Part shown: positions 1 through 17,845 of the stretch, piece after piece | Numbering within the stretch: position 1 is the first letter of the stretch | Layout of the letters: each line of letters begins with the position of its first letter | Origin: the human T2T-CHM13v2.0 reference genome, Homo sapiens | Length of the DNA: 64,000 nt | Assembly: GCF_009914755.1 (NCBI RefSeq) | Contig: NC_060936.1 | Direction: 5' to 3' (one strand) | Notes under the pieces: generated by a model | The model's database searches: none | The model's input: only the letters and a program-made list of their open reading frames with translations | What the model was told of the DNA's origin: nothing | Program-made: the position numbers and the translations under genes

Positions 1-351
1 ATGCAAGTGGGCTGAGTCCAAAAAGAGTCAGCAAAGGGAGATAGGGGTGGGGCAGTTTTATAGGATTTGGGTAGGTAGTGGAAAATTACAGTTAAAGGGG
101 GTTGTTCTCTTGCAGGCAGGGGTGGGGGTCACAAGGTGCTCGGTGGAGAGCTCCGGAGACTTAATGTCCAGGAGAAGGAATGTCACAAGGCTAACTGATC
201 AGTCAGGGTGGGGCAGGAACAAATCACAATGTCATCAGTTAAGGCAGGAACTGACTATTTTCATTATTTTGTGGTTTTTCAGTTGCTTCAGGCCATCTGG
301 ATTTATAAGTGCAGGTCACAGGGGATATGATGGGGGCTCAGAGGCCTGACA
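1..351 (-). mobile_element. HERV-H LTR, LTR7 family (possibly LTR7C); its 3' end lies left of the window
   Basis: Reverse complement begins TGTCAGGCCTCTGAGCCCCCATCATATCCCCTGTGACCTGCAC, the LTR7 5' end. TATAAAAC on the minus strand near 55-62, and the GCTGACTCTTTTTGGACTCAGCCC R-region motif near 9-32. Confidence 0.9.
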
Positions 352-668
352 ATCAAGTCATTGCTTTGTTCTCTTGGAAACTCCATTTACCAAGTCGCTT
401 GAATATAGTTACAAATGTATTTAAACACAAAGACATGGTAATTAATAGAAAGGAAATGTTCCATTAAGAAATACAACGTAGAATGCATGTTTAAAGCAAA
501 CTTGTAGAAATAGAATTTCAGGGCAAGACAGTACTTCAGTCATTCTCAATTCTGTGTCACATGCAGCAGAGTTAATCTTTGTGTAAGTCTTGAGTCTTGG
601 ATACAGATGCTGCAGAGAGGGTCACAGCCATGGTCTTGTGGGGCTCACATAGAGGCTGCATCCCTTGA

Positions 669-1480
<812 letters not shown>

Positions 1481-1589
1481 CCCTCTGGTATTTTATATGA
1501 CTATATTGCACTGATCACATTGATCATTTTAATTTCTTGCCCCTAAAATATTCACTCCATATAAATTGAGTTCATATTCATTTTGGAAT

Positions 1590-2075
1590 CCTCATTGAAC
1601 AGGCTTTCTTGTATGCCCATACTGATCAAGGTCTGTGTTAGATATTACATTTAAAATTGAACAAAGTAGGTGTGGTCCTTAAATTTTGGAAGGGTTGCTG
1701 GCATCTGAGGAAGACAGTCATTATCTAAATCAACAGGAAAAATAGAAGATTGCAAGTTGTATTATGAAGGAAGAGACCAGGGTTCCAGGGGCTAGAACAA
1801 TAGGAGAGGCAGAATCAAACTGAGGATTTAGCAAAGCTTCTTTGAGGAACCAACATTTAACTTGAGGCCCACAACTAGGAGCTATTCCGGTTATTCAGGC
1901 TTTGAGTGAAAAGAGGAATGTGCCTGCCATATGGGGCACCACATGGGAAGCTGGGGGCAACTGGACCTGGAATACATTGGGCAAGGAGTGAGTGATGGGG
2001 GAGGGTCAGGGCCCAGGGGCTGTGGGGCCTTAGAGGCCACATTAGGGATTTTGTATTTTATCCCAAGTGCAAACT
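1590..2075 (-). mobile_element. L2 LINE fragment (degenerate)
   Basis: L2-like motifs such as AAAGCTTCTTTGAGGA...ATTTAACTTGAGGCC and GGCCACATTAGGGATTTTGTATTTTATCC. Confidence 0.6.
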
Positions 2076-2092
2076 ATTTAAAGTTTGAAGCA

Positions 2093-2412
2093 GGTAAGTT
2101 GCAGTGGCTCATACCTGTAATCTCAGCACTTTGGGAGGCTGAGGCAGGAAGATCGATTGAGGCCAGAAGTTCAAGATCAGTCTGGGCAATATGGTGAGAC
2201 CCCCCCGTCATCGCTACAAAAAATTTGTTTTTCAAAACATTAGCAGGCCTGGTGCCACATGCTATAGTCCCAGCTACTTGGGAGGTTAAAGCAGGAGGAT
2301 CACCTGAGCCCAGAAGTTTGAGGCTGCAATGATCCATGACTGTGCCTCTGCACTCCAGCCTTGGTGACATAGCGAGACTGCATCTCAAAAACAAATAAGT
2401 AAATAAAAAATA
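2093..2412 (+). mobile_element. AluJ
   Basis: Diverged dimer with GAGGCTGCA..GATC..TG J-type right arm and A tail. Confidence 0.9.
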
Positions 2413-2606
2413 AAGTTCAAAGTTGGCAATTGATGTGATTTGCATACCCTGCCTTGTGTTCACTGGCCAGTATTGAATATTTAGAAATAAACTAAACATG
2501 AACAATGAATCAATGATACAGTTCATCTATGCCATTCCCTAGTTTTACCAACCACAGGCAATTAGATTAATGCAATATAGTTTGTTCTTAGAAAATATGT
2601 AGTAGA

Positions 2607-3260
<654 letters not shown>

Positions 3261-3279
3261 AGAAAACATGTAGTAGAAA

Positions 3280-3564
3280 TTTGTTTTTTTTTTGAGATGG
3301 AGTTTCGCTCTTGTTGCCCAGGCTGGAATGCATGACGCGATCTCGGCTCACTGCAACCTCCTCCTCCTCTCCTACCTCAGCCTCCCGAGTAGCTGGGATT
3401 ACACGCATGCACCACCACGCCCAGCTACTTTTTTTGTACTTTTAGTAGAGATGGGGTTTCTCCATGTTAGTCAGGCTGGTCTCCAACTTCCGACCTCAGG
3501 TGATCCACCAACCCTCGGCCTCCCAAAATGCTGGGTTTACAGGCGTGAGCCACCGCACCTGGCT
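3280..3564 (-). mobile_element. AluS (Sp/Sq-like) with small internal deletions
   Basis: GAGATGGAGTTTCGCTCTTGTTG...CACCGCACCTGGCT. Confidence 0.9.
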
Positions 3565-3635
3565 GTTGACTTTTAGTCACTCACCATTCCCTTTCCTTTT
3601 CTACTAATCCCTCATTTTATTTTGGATAAGTACAC

Positions 3636-4053
3636 TGTGATGGTTAATTATATGAGTCAACTCGACTGAGCTAACAGATACTAGGATAGCCAGTAAAACA
3701 TCATTTTTGGATGTGTCTGTGAGAGTGGTACCATTTGAATCAGTAACGGAGTGAAGAAGATCTGCCTTCACCAGTGTGACTGTTCAGAGCACAAACGAAA
3801 CAAAAAGGCAGAGGAGGGGTGACATCACTTTCTCTTCTTGAGCCAGGACATCTATCTTCTCTTGTCCTTGGACATCAGAATTCCTCGTTCTCAGGCCTTT
3901 GGACTCTAGGACTTGCACCAGGGTTCCCACCACCCCGTCCCAGTTCTCAGTCCATCAGTCTTGGACTGGGATTTGCACCACTGGCTTCTCTGCTTCTCAA
4001 GCCTTTGGCCTCGACTGAATTATATCACTGGCTTTCCAGGTTCTCCAGCTTGC
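3636..4053 (+). mobile_element. ERVL LTR, MLT2 (B/C/D-type), 3' part missing
   Basis: TGTGATGGTTAATTATATGAGTCAACT start, plus GGACATCAGA...TCAGGCCTTTGGACTC and GGTTCTCCAGCTTGCA motifs. Confidence 0.85.
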
Positions 4054-4524
4054 ATCGTTCATTTGTTTCTTGGCCATTTGGGAGTCTATACATTTTTTTA
4101 CACTTCCTTTCCAAGAAATCAAATACAGGGCTGCCAGTTGGGCACACCCTCAATGAGTATGGCTGATGCTACTTGCCATGACAACGTTGCCTGGTTTCCT
4201 AATGTTAACGTTAGCTCCTACCTTCTAAGTTGGGTCACTGAAGTCCACCTTTATAAGTGGGTGTGTTCTGGAAATAGCTGTTTTTCTGTAGACACAGTAT
4301 CTGTGATCCCTGTATTGGATCCACTGAGTTATAATACTCTCCTAAATCTCACTATGGGAGGCTAGTCTATGTAATTGAACTATTGAACTTCTGCCTCAAG
4401 AGCTAAAACCCAGCTCTACCCAACTAGAGCCCTGTGAAGTCTTAGCATTCCCCTTCCTGGGGGCCTAGAGACTCTCTACTAATCCCCAATTGCTGTCTAG
4501 GGCTCTACTCTAAAAAGATGAACA

Positions 4525-4935
<411 letters not shown>

Positions 4936-5202
4936 TTAGCATTGGATACATTTATGTCAAGTCTGCCACTTCCCTTTGAACACCAAATTGGACCACCTGC
5001 TAGCATCCTTGCGGGTCTGAGTCATAGTCATGTCATGTGCCCCATCCTGGCTCCAACCACTACTTTCTCCCCACCAGCCAGGCACCAGGTCCCTGCATGC
5101 CTTGAGGCTGACCTACTAGATAATGACATCTGTCCTTTTTCCTCGGTTATTAATGTCTCGATTAAATATAATTTTTATTGATTTGAACTTTTAAGCAAAT
5201 AA

Positions 5203-7023
<1,821 letters not shown>

Positions 7024-7764
7024 TGAGGACTAACCTCTAATTTTTTTAATCTTGCCCAAATTCCTATCTAAGAGGTCTGGGGAGTCATGCCCTACAAATC
7101 ATAAATTCTCATCAGATGGGTTTTATTCAACCCTATATATCATGATTTACTTTCCAACCTGACTCTGGCATAACATTAGGAGACAAAGAAGAAAATCAAA
7201 ATATTTTACCCCCAAAACATGTTTCTTGTCATATTTTGAAATGGCCCTGCAAAGCTGTTCTTTGTGGGGGGAAATTTGCATCTGTAAAGAATCTCTATTA
7301 ATATAGCTAGATCTTTTTCTTCCAGACCCTCCCAATCCTAAAGAGATTAACTAAAATCTGAATAGAAAACATTTGTCACCTATTGTCTCTAAATGCAGCC
7401 ACTATAAGACTTCAAAAGAACTTTGGTCTCCACAGTCTGTTATCTTAACCTGAACATCCCCTTTCTGTTTATCCCAGGTCTTTAGACAAACTCAACCAAT
7501 TGTTAACCAGAAAATGTTTAAATTCACCTACAGCTCCCACTTTGAGTTGTTCCACCTTTCTGGACCAAACCAACGTATTTCTTAAATATATTTGATTGAT
7601 GTCTCATGCCTCTCTAAAATGTATAAAACCAAGCTGTGCCCTGACCTCCTTGGGCACATGTTCTCGCATGTTCTGAGGGCTGTGTCACGGGCCATGGTCA
7701 CTCATATTTGGCTCAGAATAAATCTCTTCAAATATTTTACAGAGTTCGACTCTTTTTGTCTACA
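7024..7764 (+). mobile_element. ERV1 solo LTR, MER4A-type
   Basis: TGAGGACTAA...ATCTTGCCCAAATTCCTATCTAAG start and GGCTCAGAATAAATCTCTTCAAATATTTTACAGAGTT..ACTCTTTT..TCTACA end. Confidence 0.85.
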
Positions 7765-7914
7765 GGTGAATGGTGGTTTTTAGATAGCAAGTTTTAGAAA
7801 ATTGAAAACTGTTTGACCACTCACTTGGTCGTTCTTTATTGTATCAGCCTTTGAGTGTAGATTGCCCTGACTAGTGTTCCAGTTCACTGTTCCCATAGAA
7901 AGGTGATATTTCTT

Positions 7915-9511
7915 TTCTTTCTTTTTTTTTTTCTCTTAAATAATATGTTATTTATTTTTGCTGGTTTGGGAGTTGCTTTTTGTTTTGCTTTCTGTTTTTT
8001 TTTTTTTTTTTTAATTTGACTTTAACTTCTGGGATACATGTGTAGAATGTGCAGTTTTGTTACACAGGTATACATGTGCCATGGTGTTTTGCTGCTCTTA
8101 TCAACCCATCATCTAGGTTTAAGCCCTGCATGCATTAGGTATTTGTCCTAATGCTCCCCCTCCCCTTAACCCCCACACCCCAAAAGGCCCCGGTGTGTGA
8201 TGCTCCCCTCCCTGTGTCCATGTGTTCTCATTGTTCAACTCCCACTTATGAGTGAGAACAGGCAGTGTTTGGTTTTCTGTTCCTGTGTTAGTTTGCTGAG
8301 AATGATGGCTTCCAGCTTCATCCATGTCCCTCCAAAGGACATGAACTCATTCTTTTTTATGGCTGCATGGTATTCCATGGTGTATGTGTGCCACATTTTC
8401 CTTATCCAGTCTATCATTGATGGGCATTTGGGTTGGTTCCAAGTCTTTACTATTGTAAACAGTGCTGTAATAAATATACGTGTGCATGTGTCTTTATAGT
8501 AGAATGACATATAATCCTTTGGATATATACCCAGTAATGGAATTGCTGGGTCAAATTGTATTTCTGGTTCTAGATCCTTGAGGAATTGCCACACTGTCTT
8601 CCACAATGGGTGAACTAATTTACACTCCCACCAACAGTGTAAAAGTATTCCTATTTCTCCACAGCCTCGCCAACATCTGTGGTTTCCTGACTTTTTAATA
8701 ATTGCCATTCTAACTGGCGTGAGATGATATCTCACTGTGGTTTTGATTTGCATTTCTCTAATGACCAGTGACAATGAGCTTTTTTTCATATGTTTGTTGG
8801 CCACATAAATGTCTTCTTTTGAGAAGTGTCTGTTCATATCCTTTGCCCACTTTTTGATGGGGTTGTTTTTTCTTGTGAATTTGTTTAAGTTCCTTGTAGA
8901 TTCTGGATATTAGACCTTTGTCAGAAGGAAAGATTGCAAAAATTTTCTCCCATTCTGTAGGTTGCCTGTTTACTCTGATAATAGTTTCTTTTGCTGTGCA
9001 GAAGCTTTTTAGTTTAATTAGATCCCATTTGTCAATTTTGGTTTCTGTTGCCATTGTTTTTGGTGTTTTAGTCATAAAGTCTTTACCCATGCCTACATCC
9101 TGAATGGTATTGCCTAGGTTTTCTTCTAGGGTTTTTATGGTTTTAGGTTTTACATTTAAGTTAATTTTTGTATAAGGTATAAGGAAGGGGTCCAGTTCCT
9201 GTTTTCTGCATAGGGCTAGCCTGTTTTCCCAGCACCATTTACTTAATAGGGAATCCTTCTCCATTGCTTGTTTTTGTCAGGTTTGTCAAAGATCAGATGG
9301 TTGTAGATGTGTGGTGTTTTTCTGAGGTCTCTGTTCTGTTCCATTGTTCTATATATCTGTTTTGGTACCGGTATCATGCTGTTTTGGTTACTGTAGCCTT
9401 GTAGTACAGTTTGAAGTCAGGTATCATGATGCCTCCAGCTTTGTTGTTTTTGCTTAAGATTGTCTTGGCTATACGGGCTCTTTTTGGTTCCATATGAAAT
9501 TTAAAGTAGTT
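7915..9511 (-). mobile_element. 5'-truncated L1PA8-type LINE-1 with 3' transduction
   Basis: ORF2 C-terminal frames at 8235-8837 and 8758-9264 (e.g. [16 protein letters not shown]). 3' UTR TCTAGGTTTTAAGCCCTGCATGCATTAGG. Perfect 19-bp TSD TAGAAAGGTGATATTTCTT at 7896-7914 and 9512-9530. Confidence 0.95.
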
Positions 9512-9538
9512 TAGAAAGGTGATATTTCTTAAGGATGG

Positions 9539-10382
<844 letters not shown>

Positions 10383-10851
10383 GATGGAGAGTGGGATACA
10401 CTTTTCCCAACTCACTCTATAGAGCCTTCTGTCACACATACATAAAAATGTGTATCCTCAGCTGGAAGGGGGATGTCAAATTTATATACTGATTAAAATT
10501 TGTCAACACACCATAAAAATTCATGGAATAGTACTGTGCCATGCATTCAGGTACAGAACTATTGTCTTAGGTCTGGTTTGAAAAAGCAGCTTACTCTGGC
10601 TAAGAAGGAAGCTTTCCTTGACAAATAAAAAATCCATCTTTGTGGCTGAGGGTCTTGGCTGGTTAGTGTAGGCCAGTGTTTTCAAAGTGCCTCACAAATG
10701 AGATGAGTTTTAGTAGTATATAGACACAGCAATAGCTAAAATAGTTATCCTGTGATTTCTTTCCAAATTCTCTTTAATCCTTCTGATTACATCAAGAAGA
10801 AAATTTTGATTTGGTACTGCTACTTTTTTTTTTCTTTTAACCACTTCTCTT

Positions 10852-10897
10852 TTTTTGTTTGTTTGTTTTTTGTTTTTTATTGGTGCTGCACAAATTA
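10852..10897 (-). other. Orphan ultrashort poly(A)-tailed insertion
   Basis: 13-bp direct repeat AACCACTTCTCTT (10839-10851 and 10898-10910) flanking a T-tail plus 19 nt of unique sequence. Confidence 0.65.
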
Positions 10898-11079
10898 AAC
10901 CACTTCTCTTCTAAAGAATGACAGAGAGAGAAGGTGCAAGGAAGCCTTAGGCTCAGAGCTTTCAGTAGACAATCCTGTCTTATTAGGATTTAATAACACT
11001 GTTTTGCTTTCGTTGTGATTAGTTTTACAATTACCTTCCCTTTCTGACAAATGACACCAGTCGTGTAACATATTGGTGG

Positions 11080-11309
11080 AGCACATGGCAGCTTGCTTCC
11101 CCCAGAGCAAGCGCTGGGGAGTGGGGACCCATGATGGAAGTGAGTCTTTTTATTACCTAATCTCAAAATGACATCCTATCACTCTACCATATTCTATTTG
11201 TTAATAGCAAGTCATAAGTTGAGTCAACACTCAGGAGAGGGGGATCACACAAGGACATGAATACCAGGAAGCAGTGATCATTTGGGCCATTTCAGAAGTG
11301 TTTGCCACA
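11080..11309 (-). mobile_element. MaLR LTR fragment (old MLT1)
   Basis: CACATGGCAGCTTGCTTCCCCCAGAGC...GCAAGTCA...CATGAATACCAGGA...GCCACA. Confidence 0.7.
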
Positions 11310-11354
11310 GGGATATATTGCAATTGCTGTTTTCCTTCTTTTCTCCAAGAAATA

Positions 11355-11520
11355 ATATGCTCCATGGGAACAGAGATAGTGTCTTGTTCATTGGGAGCAT
11401 TCCTAGCACTGGACATAGTGCCTGAGACTTAAACTGCTCATAAATGTTTCTTTGAAGGAAACGAAAAAGGAAGGGAGGGAGGAAAGGAGGGAGGGAGGCA
11501 GGAAGGAAGGGAGGAAATGA
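11355..11520 (+). mobile_element. L2 3' end with purine-rich tail
   Basis: GCTCCATGGGAACAGAGA...CATAGTGCCTG...ATAAATGTTTCTTTGAAGGAA. Confidence 0.65.
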
Positions 11521-12009
11521 ATCAGCATGAGAAGATCAGGGCACTTTGCTAATCCATAGAAAACAGGAGATGGTTCTTTGGGGAAGGAAAACTCAACCAT
11601 AAAAAGGATTGTGAAGAACAGAGTCAGTACTTTTATTTATTTCCTAGTCTTGAGCATAAATGAGCTTCTAGGAAAGTGGAAGCACTCTGTGAAGAGACAA
11701 CGCCCACCATCTTGCTCCCAGGGTAGCTTCTGTGGATGGTGGAGAGCTGAGCTATAAAATAGCACAATGTGTTACCCATGGAAGGGCAGTCCTGGTTGAG
11801 GTTCTTAATTGTGAATGTACAGATTCTGTTGAATGAATTGTGATAACCTCCAATTATCAGGAAAGAATCAATTAGGGAGAACTCCTTGGTGCTTTTTTTC
11901 ACTTGCACTTGCAGAGTGCAGCAAGAAGTTACACTGAATGCACATAGACTGCTAGACTGCTTTGGCATTTAAAATTATAGAATAAACATATCACTTTGTT
12001 AGCATAATT

Positions 12010-12370
12010 CTTTTTGTGTGTGTTGTGGGGGTGACAGCATCTTACTCTGTTGCTGTGGCTGGAGTGCAGTGGCACGATCTCGGCTCACTGCCTCAAGGGT
12101 TTCTTGAGGCACCTCGACCTCTGTTCAAGGGTTTCTCCTGCTTCAGCCTTCCGACTCGACCTCTGTTCAAGGGTTTCTCCTGCTTCAGCCTTCCGAGTAG
12201 CTGGGATTACAGGTGCCTGCCACCATGCACTAATTTTTGTATTTTTAGTAGAAATGAGGTTTCACCATCTTGGCCAGGCTGGTCTTGAACTCCTGACCTC
12301 AAGTGAGTGATCTGCTCACCTCGGCCTCCCAAACTGCTGGGATTACAGGTATAAGCCACCATGCTCAGCC
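12010..12370 (-). mobile_element. AluS with internal 42-bp tandem duplication and palindromic insert
   Basis: TSD TTTG(T/C)TAGCATAATT at 11995-12009 and 12371-12385. Confidence 0.92.
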
Positions 12371-12384
12371 TTTGCTAGCATAAT

Positions 12385-13010
<626 letters not shown>

Positions 13011-13035
13011 ATTTGATGAGACAAGATTTTAGCTG

Positions 13036-13497
<462 letters not shown>

Positions 13498-13599
13498 CCC
13501 CGTCTCTATATTTTAACTTTTTTGTTTAAAAAACGTTTTAGCTATTTTTTTAAAGTTGCCAATCTGGTAGCTGAAAAATAATAACTTATTGTTTTGATT

Positions 13600-14306
<707 letters not shown>

Positions 14307-14984
14307 TTAAACATCTTTGCTCACTACTGAGATTAAACATATTTTCCTGTATTTATTGACCATTTATTTGGACTTCCCTTTTTGTGAATTTTCTGCTCAT
14401 GTCCTTGCATGTTAATTTTTTAAACATATGACGCTCAGCTACACATTTGTTAAACCTGGACCTGATCATCACTGAGGTATCAGGGAGAAAGATGAAGTCT
14501 GTGAACTAAGAAAAATAGATGTATCACAATAGTCTCTAATACCCAGGGCAAGATTTCTCCAATCTACCTTTAAGGATCTGAAAATCCTTTGCCACAAATT
14601 GTTTTTTTTTAAAGCCATGTGCTTTCATTCAATGATAATGTCAAAATTAATAGAAGCATATTTTGGATCATTTGAATGGTCACTTTATAACTGAAGGATG
14701 TTATTTACTTTTATGATCAAAATGGTTTCTTATGGGCATCAATACCACTACTTTTATCCACACAGACTCATAAGAAAAAAACAAATGTGAACATAATACA
14801 TAATGTAATGTTTTTGCACCAAGTGAGGGACAAGTGGTATTTCAGCATATTGTACACAGTAAGATCAGAGGTTGCACAGCAGAATTACTAAAGAAAATTG
14901 TGGGAGCATTGGGTCATCCCACAGTCTGCAAGCAGGCTCAGCTCAAAAGAATCTGGCCCAGAACACAGCACCACTTTCACATTG

Positions 14985-15620
14985 TCACTTATCTCAGTTA
15001 TGGTCCTTTGCTTGCAAACAACAGACATAGATTCTGACTAATTTAAGCAATAAAGAACTGATTGGAATAATACAAGAAAACACAGTATTCAAGCAACAAA
15101 AAGAACAAATCAGGCTCAAAAAGAACCAGACTAGGGGATCTCCAGGGGCTTCAGTACCAGAAATTCCTGAATCAGTACATTTTGGATGCTGCCAAGAAAA
15201 TGACTCAATGACTCAATCCAGTCTTCTTTTTTTTTTGAGACAGGCTCTTGCTCTGTTGCCCAGACAGGAGTGCAGTAACCCTATCATGCCTCACTGCATC
15301 CCTGAACTCCTGGGCTCAAGAAAATCTCTTGCCTCAGCTTCTTGAGCAACTAGGACTATAGGTGCATGCCACCACGCCTGGCTAGTTTTTTACAATTTAT
15401 TTTTTGTAGAGACAGGATTTCGCTAAATTGCCCAGCAATCCTCCTGCCTCAACCTTCCAAAGTATTGGGATTACAGGCATGAGCCACAGTGCTGTGTCCA
15501 TCAACCCCAGTCTTCTATCTGTGTGTCTTTATGTTCTAGATTCAAATTTCTGGCTTCATTTGGGTCATATGCTCTTCATATGAGTGGGGTAGGGGGAGGA
15601 TGTTTGAGACTTCAAAATAC
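14985..15620 (-). mobile_element. Old MLT1 (K/L/M-type) fragment split by an Alu
   Basis: TTGCAAACAACAGA...CTGACTAATTTAAGCAATAAAG motif. Confidence 0.5.
15223..15500 (-). mobile_element. AluJ with internal deletion
   Basis: Diverged dimer; CCAGTCTTCT duplicated on both sides. Confidence 0.9.
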
Positions 15621-15640
15621 TCAAGACATCTGGATGCTTA

Positions 15641-15953
<313 letters not shown>

Positions 15954-16079
15954 GTTTATATATCTCAAAGAATGTGTGAGATATTAAGGGTCACTCCTAG
16001 AAGGTATATGGGATTTAATCCTTCCTGAACAGAAGAGTGGATGGGACCTTTTTCTTATAAAGACCTTTTCTTTTCTTGC

Positions 16080-16567
16080 TTTTTTTTTTTTTTTTTTTTT
16101 TTTTGAGAGATGGAGTCTTGCTCTGTCACCCAGGCTGGAGTGCAGTGGCGCAATCTCGGCTCAGTGCAACCTCCACCTCCCAGATTCAAGTGATTCTCCT
16201 GCCTCGGCCCCTACCAGTAGCAGGTACAGGCGTGCGCCACCATGCCCAGCTAATTTTTGTATTTTTAGTAGAGACGGGGTTTTGCCATGTTGGCCAGGCT
16301 GCTCTCAAACTCCTGACCTCAGGTGATCCACCCAGATCGGCCTCCCAAAGTGTTGGAATTACAGGTGTAAGCCACTGCGCCCAGCCCATGTTATTTTATT
16401 TATTTATTTATTTATTTAAGACAGGCTCTCACTCTGTTGCCCAGGCTGGAGTGCAGTGGCATGGCCATAGCTCATTGCAGCCTCGAAATCCTGGTCTCAA
16501 GCTTTCCTCCTGTGTTGGCTTCCCAAAGTGCTAAGATTGGGGAACTGTGAGCCACTGTTCCCACCTG
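16080..16567 (-). mobile_element. AluS (16080-16387) plus an internally deleted AluJ (16390-16567)
   Basis: Two tails; the second element jumps from the right arm to the end of the left arm. Confidence 0.88.
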
Positions 16568-16890
16568 CTATGAACATCTATGTCCATATTTGTACATGTA
16601 GACATAAGTTGTCAATTGCGAAATATGGTTAGGTAATGGTTGGACTGCAATTTTCTTAACTGACTGGAACTTGTAAGTCTCTCAGTCTTTGCTAAGGAGC
16701 TCTGTGTGCATGTTGGAACTTGCCTTTAACACTCAGCCAGGCAGTTTTCAACTCTGACTTAGCATTCACTTCCTGCTAATATAGTTTCAAGATCAGCCAG
16801 AGGTGAGAGTTCAGGGCCTTCTCAATTCTTTCCTGAACTTGTACACAGCCCTGGGCATGCATATAGTTCTACTCATTTGTATTGCTTTCT

Positions 16891-17201
16891 TTTTTTTTTT
16901 TTTTTTTTTTTTGAGACCGAGTTTCGCTCTTGTTGCCCAGGCTGGAGTGCAGTGGCACAATCTCAGCTCACCTCAATCCTCAATCTCTGCCTCTCAGACT
17001 CAAGTGATTCTCCTGCCTCAGCCTTCCTGAGTAGCTGGGATTACAGGCATGCACCACCACGCCCGGCTAATTTTGTATTTTTAGTAGAGATGGGTTTCTC
17101 CATGTTGGTCAGGCTGGTCACGAATTCCCAACCTCAGATGATCTGCCCACCTTGGCCTCCCAAAGTGCTGGGGATTACAAGCATGAGCCACCGTGCCCGG
17201 C
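16891..17201 (-). mobile_element. AluSp-like
   Basis: Dimer with TSD GTATTGCTTTCT. Confidence 0.93.
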
Positions 17202-17345
17202 TTTATTGGTATTGCTTTCTAGACTCCCAGGAATCTATCACAGCATGTCAAAGCCCCCTGTGGACATCTCATTCCCCTTCTTTTCCTTTTTTAAAGTTTT
17301 TTCATTATTCTATTATTTTGCCCTCATGTTTATCTACTACCTCAG

Positions 17346-17845
17346 TGTAATCACCTAATGGGTTCCTCTTGCCTGCTGTCCAGAAAAGCGAATGCACTCA
17401 GAACAGCAGATTTATAAAGCAAAGAAGGAATTTAATAATTGCAGGTCTGGCCAAGTAGAAGCTACAAATCTTGTGACATCTGGCCACATGACTCTTGAGC
17501 AGTAATGCATTATAGAAAAGCAAGCTAGGGAACAAATGGCTGGTTATCATTTAACTGTACCTACATTTTAGCAGAAATCAGCTCTGCCCCTCACCATAAT
17601 CCTAATCTTGTGGCCTTTCATTAGTCTTAAAAAGGTGGTTTCAGTTTTAAGGAGGAGGTCAGTTTTAGGGAGGTACTATTATCATCCTTGATGCAAAGTT
17701 AAACTATAAACTAAATGTCTCCCATGGTTAGCTTGACCCACACCTAGGAATAAGTGAGGACAGCCAGCCTGTGAGGCTTGAAACAAGATGGAGTCAGCTA
17801 TGCTAGACTTCTTTTGCTGTCATAATCTTTACAAAGGTGATTGCA
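17346..17845 (-). mobile_element. ERV1 solo LTR, LTR8 family (8A/8B), internally deleted
   Basis: Reverse complement starts TGCAATCACCTTTGTAAAGATTATGACAG...GCTGACTCCATCTTG...TTTAGTTTATAGTTTAAC; TG...CA termini. Confidence 0.85.

Noticed and set aside
8235-9264. 200-aa and 168-aa ORFs with clear protein similarity
   Set aside because: Frameshifted C-terminal L1 ORF2 remnants of a 5'-truncated element with no promoter or RT.
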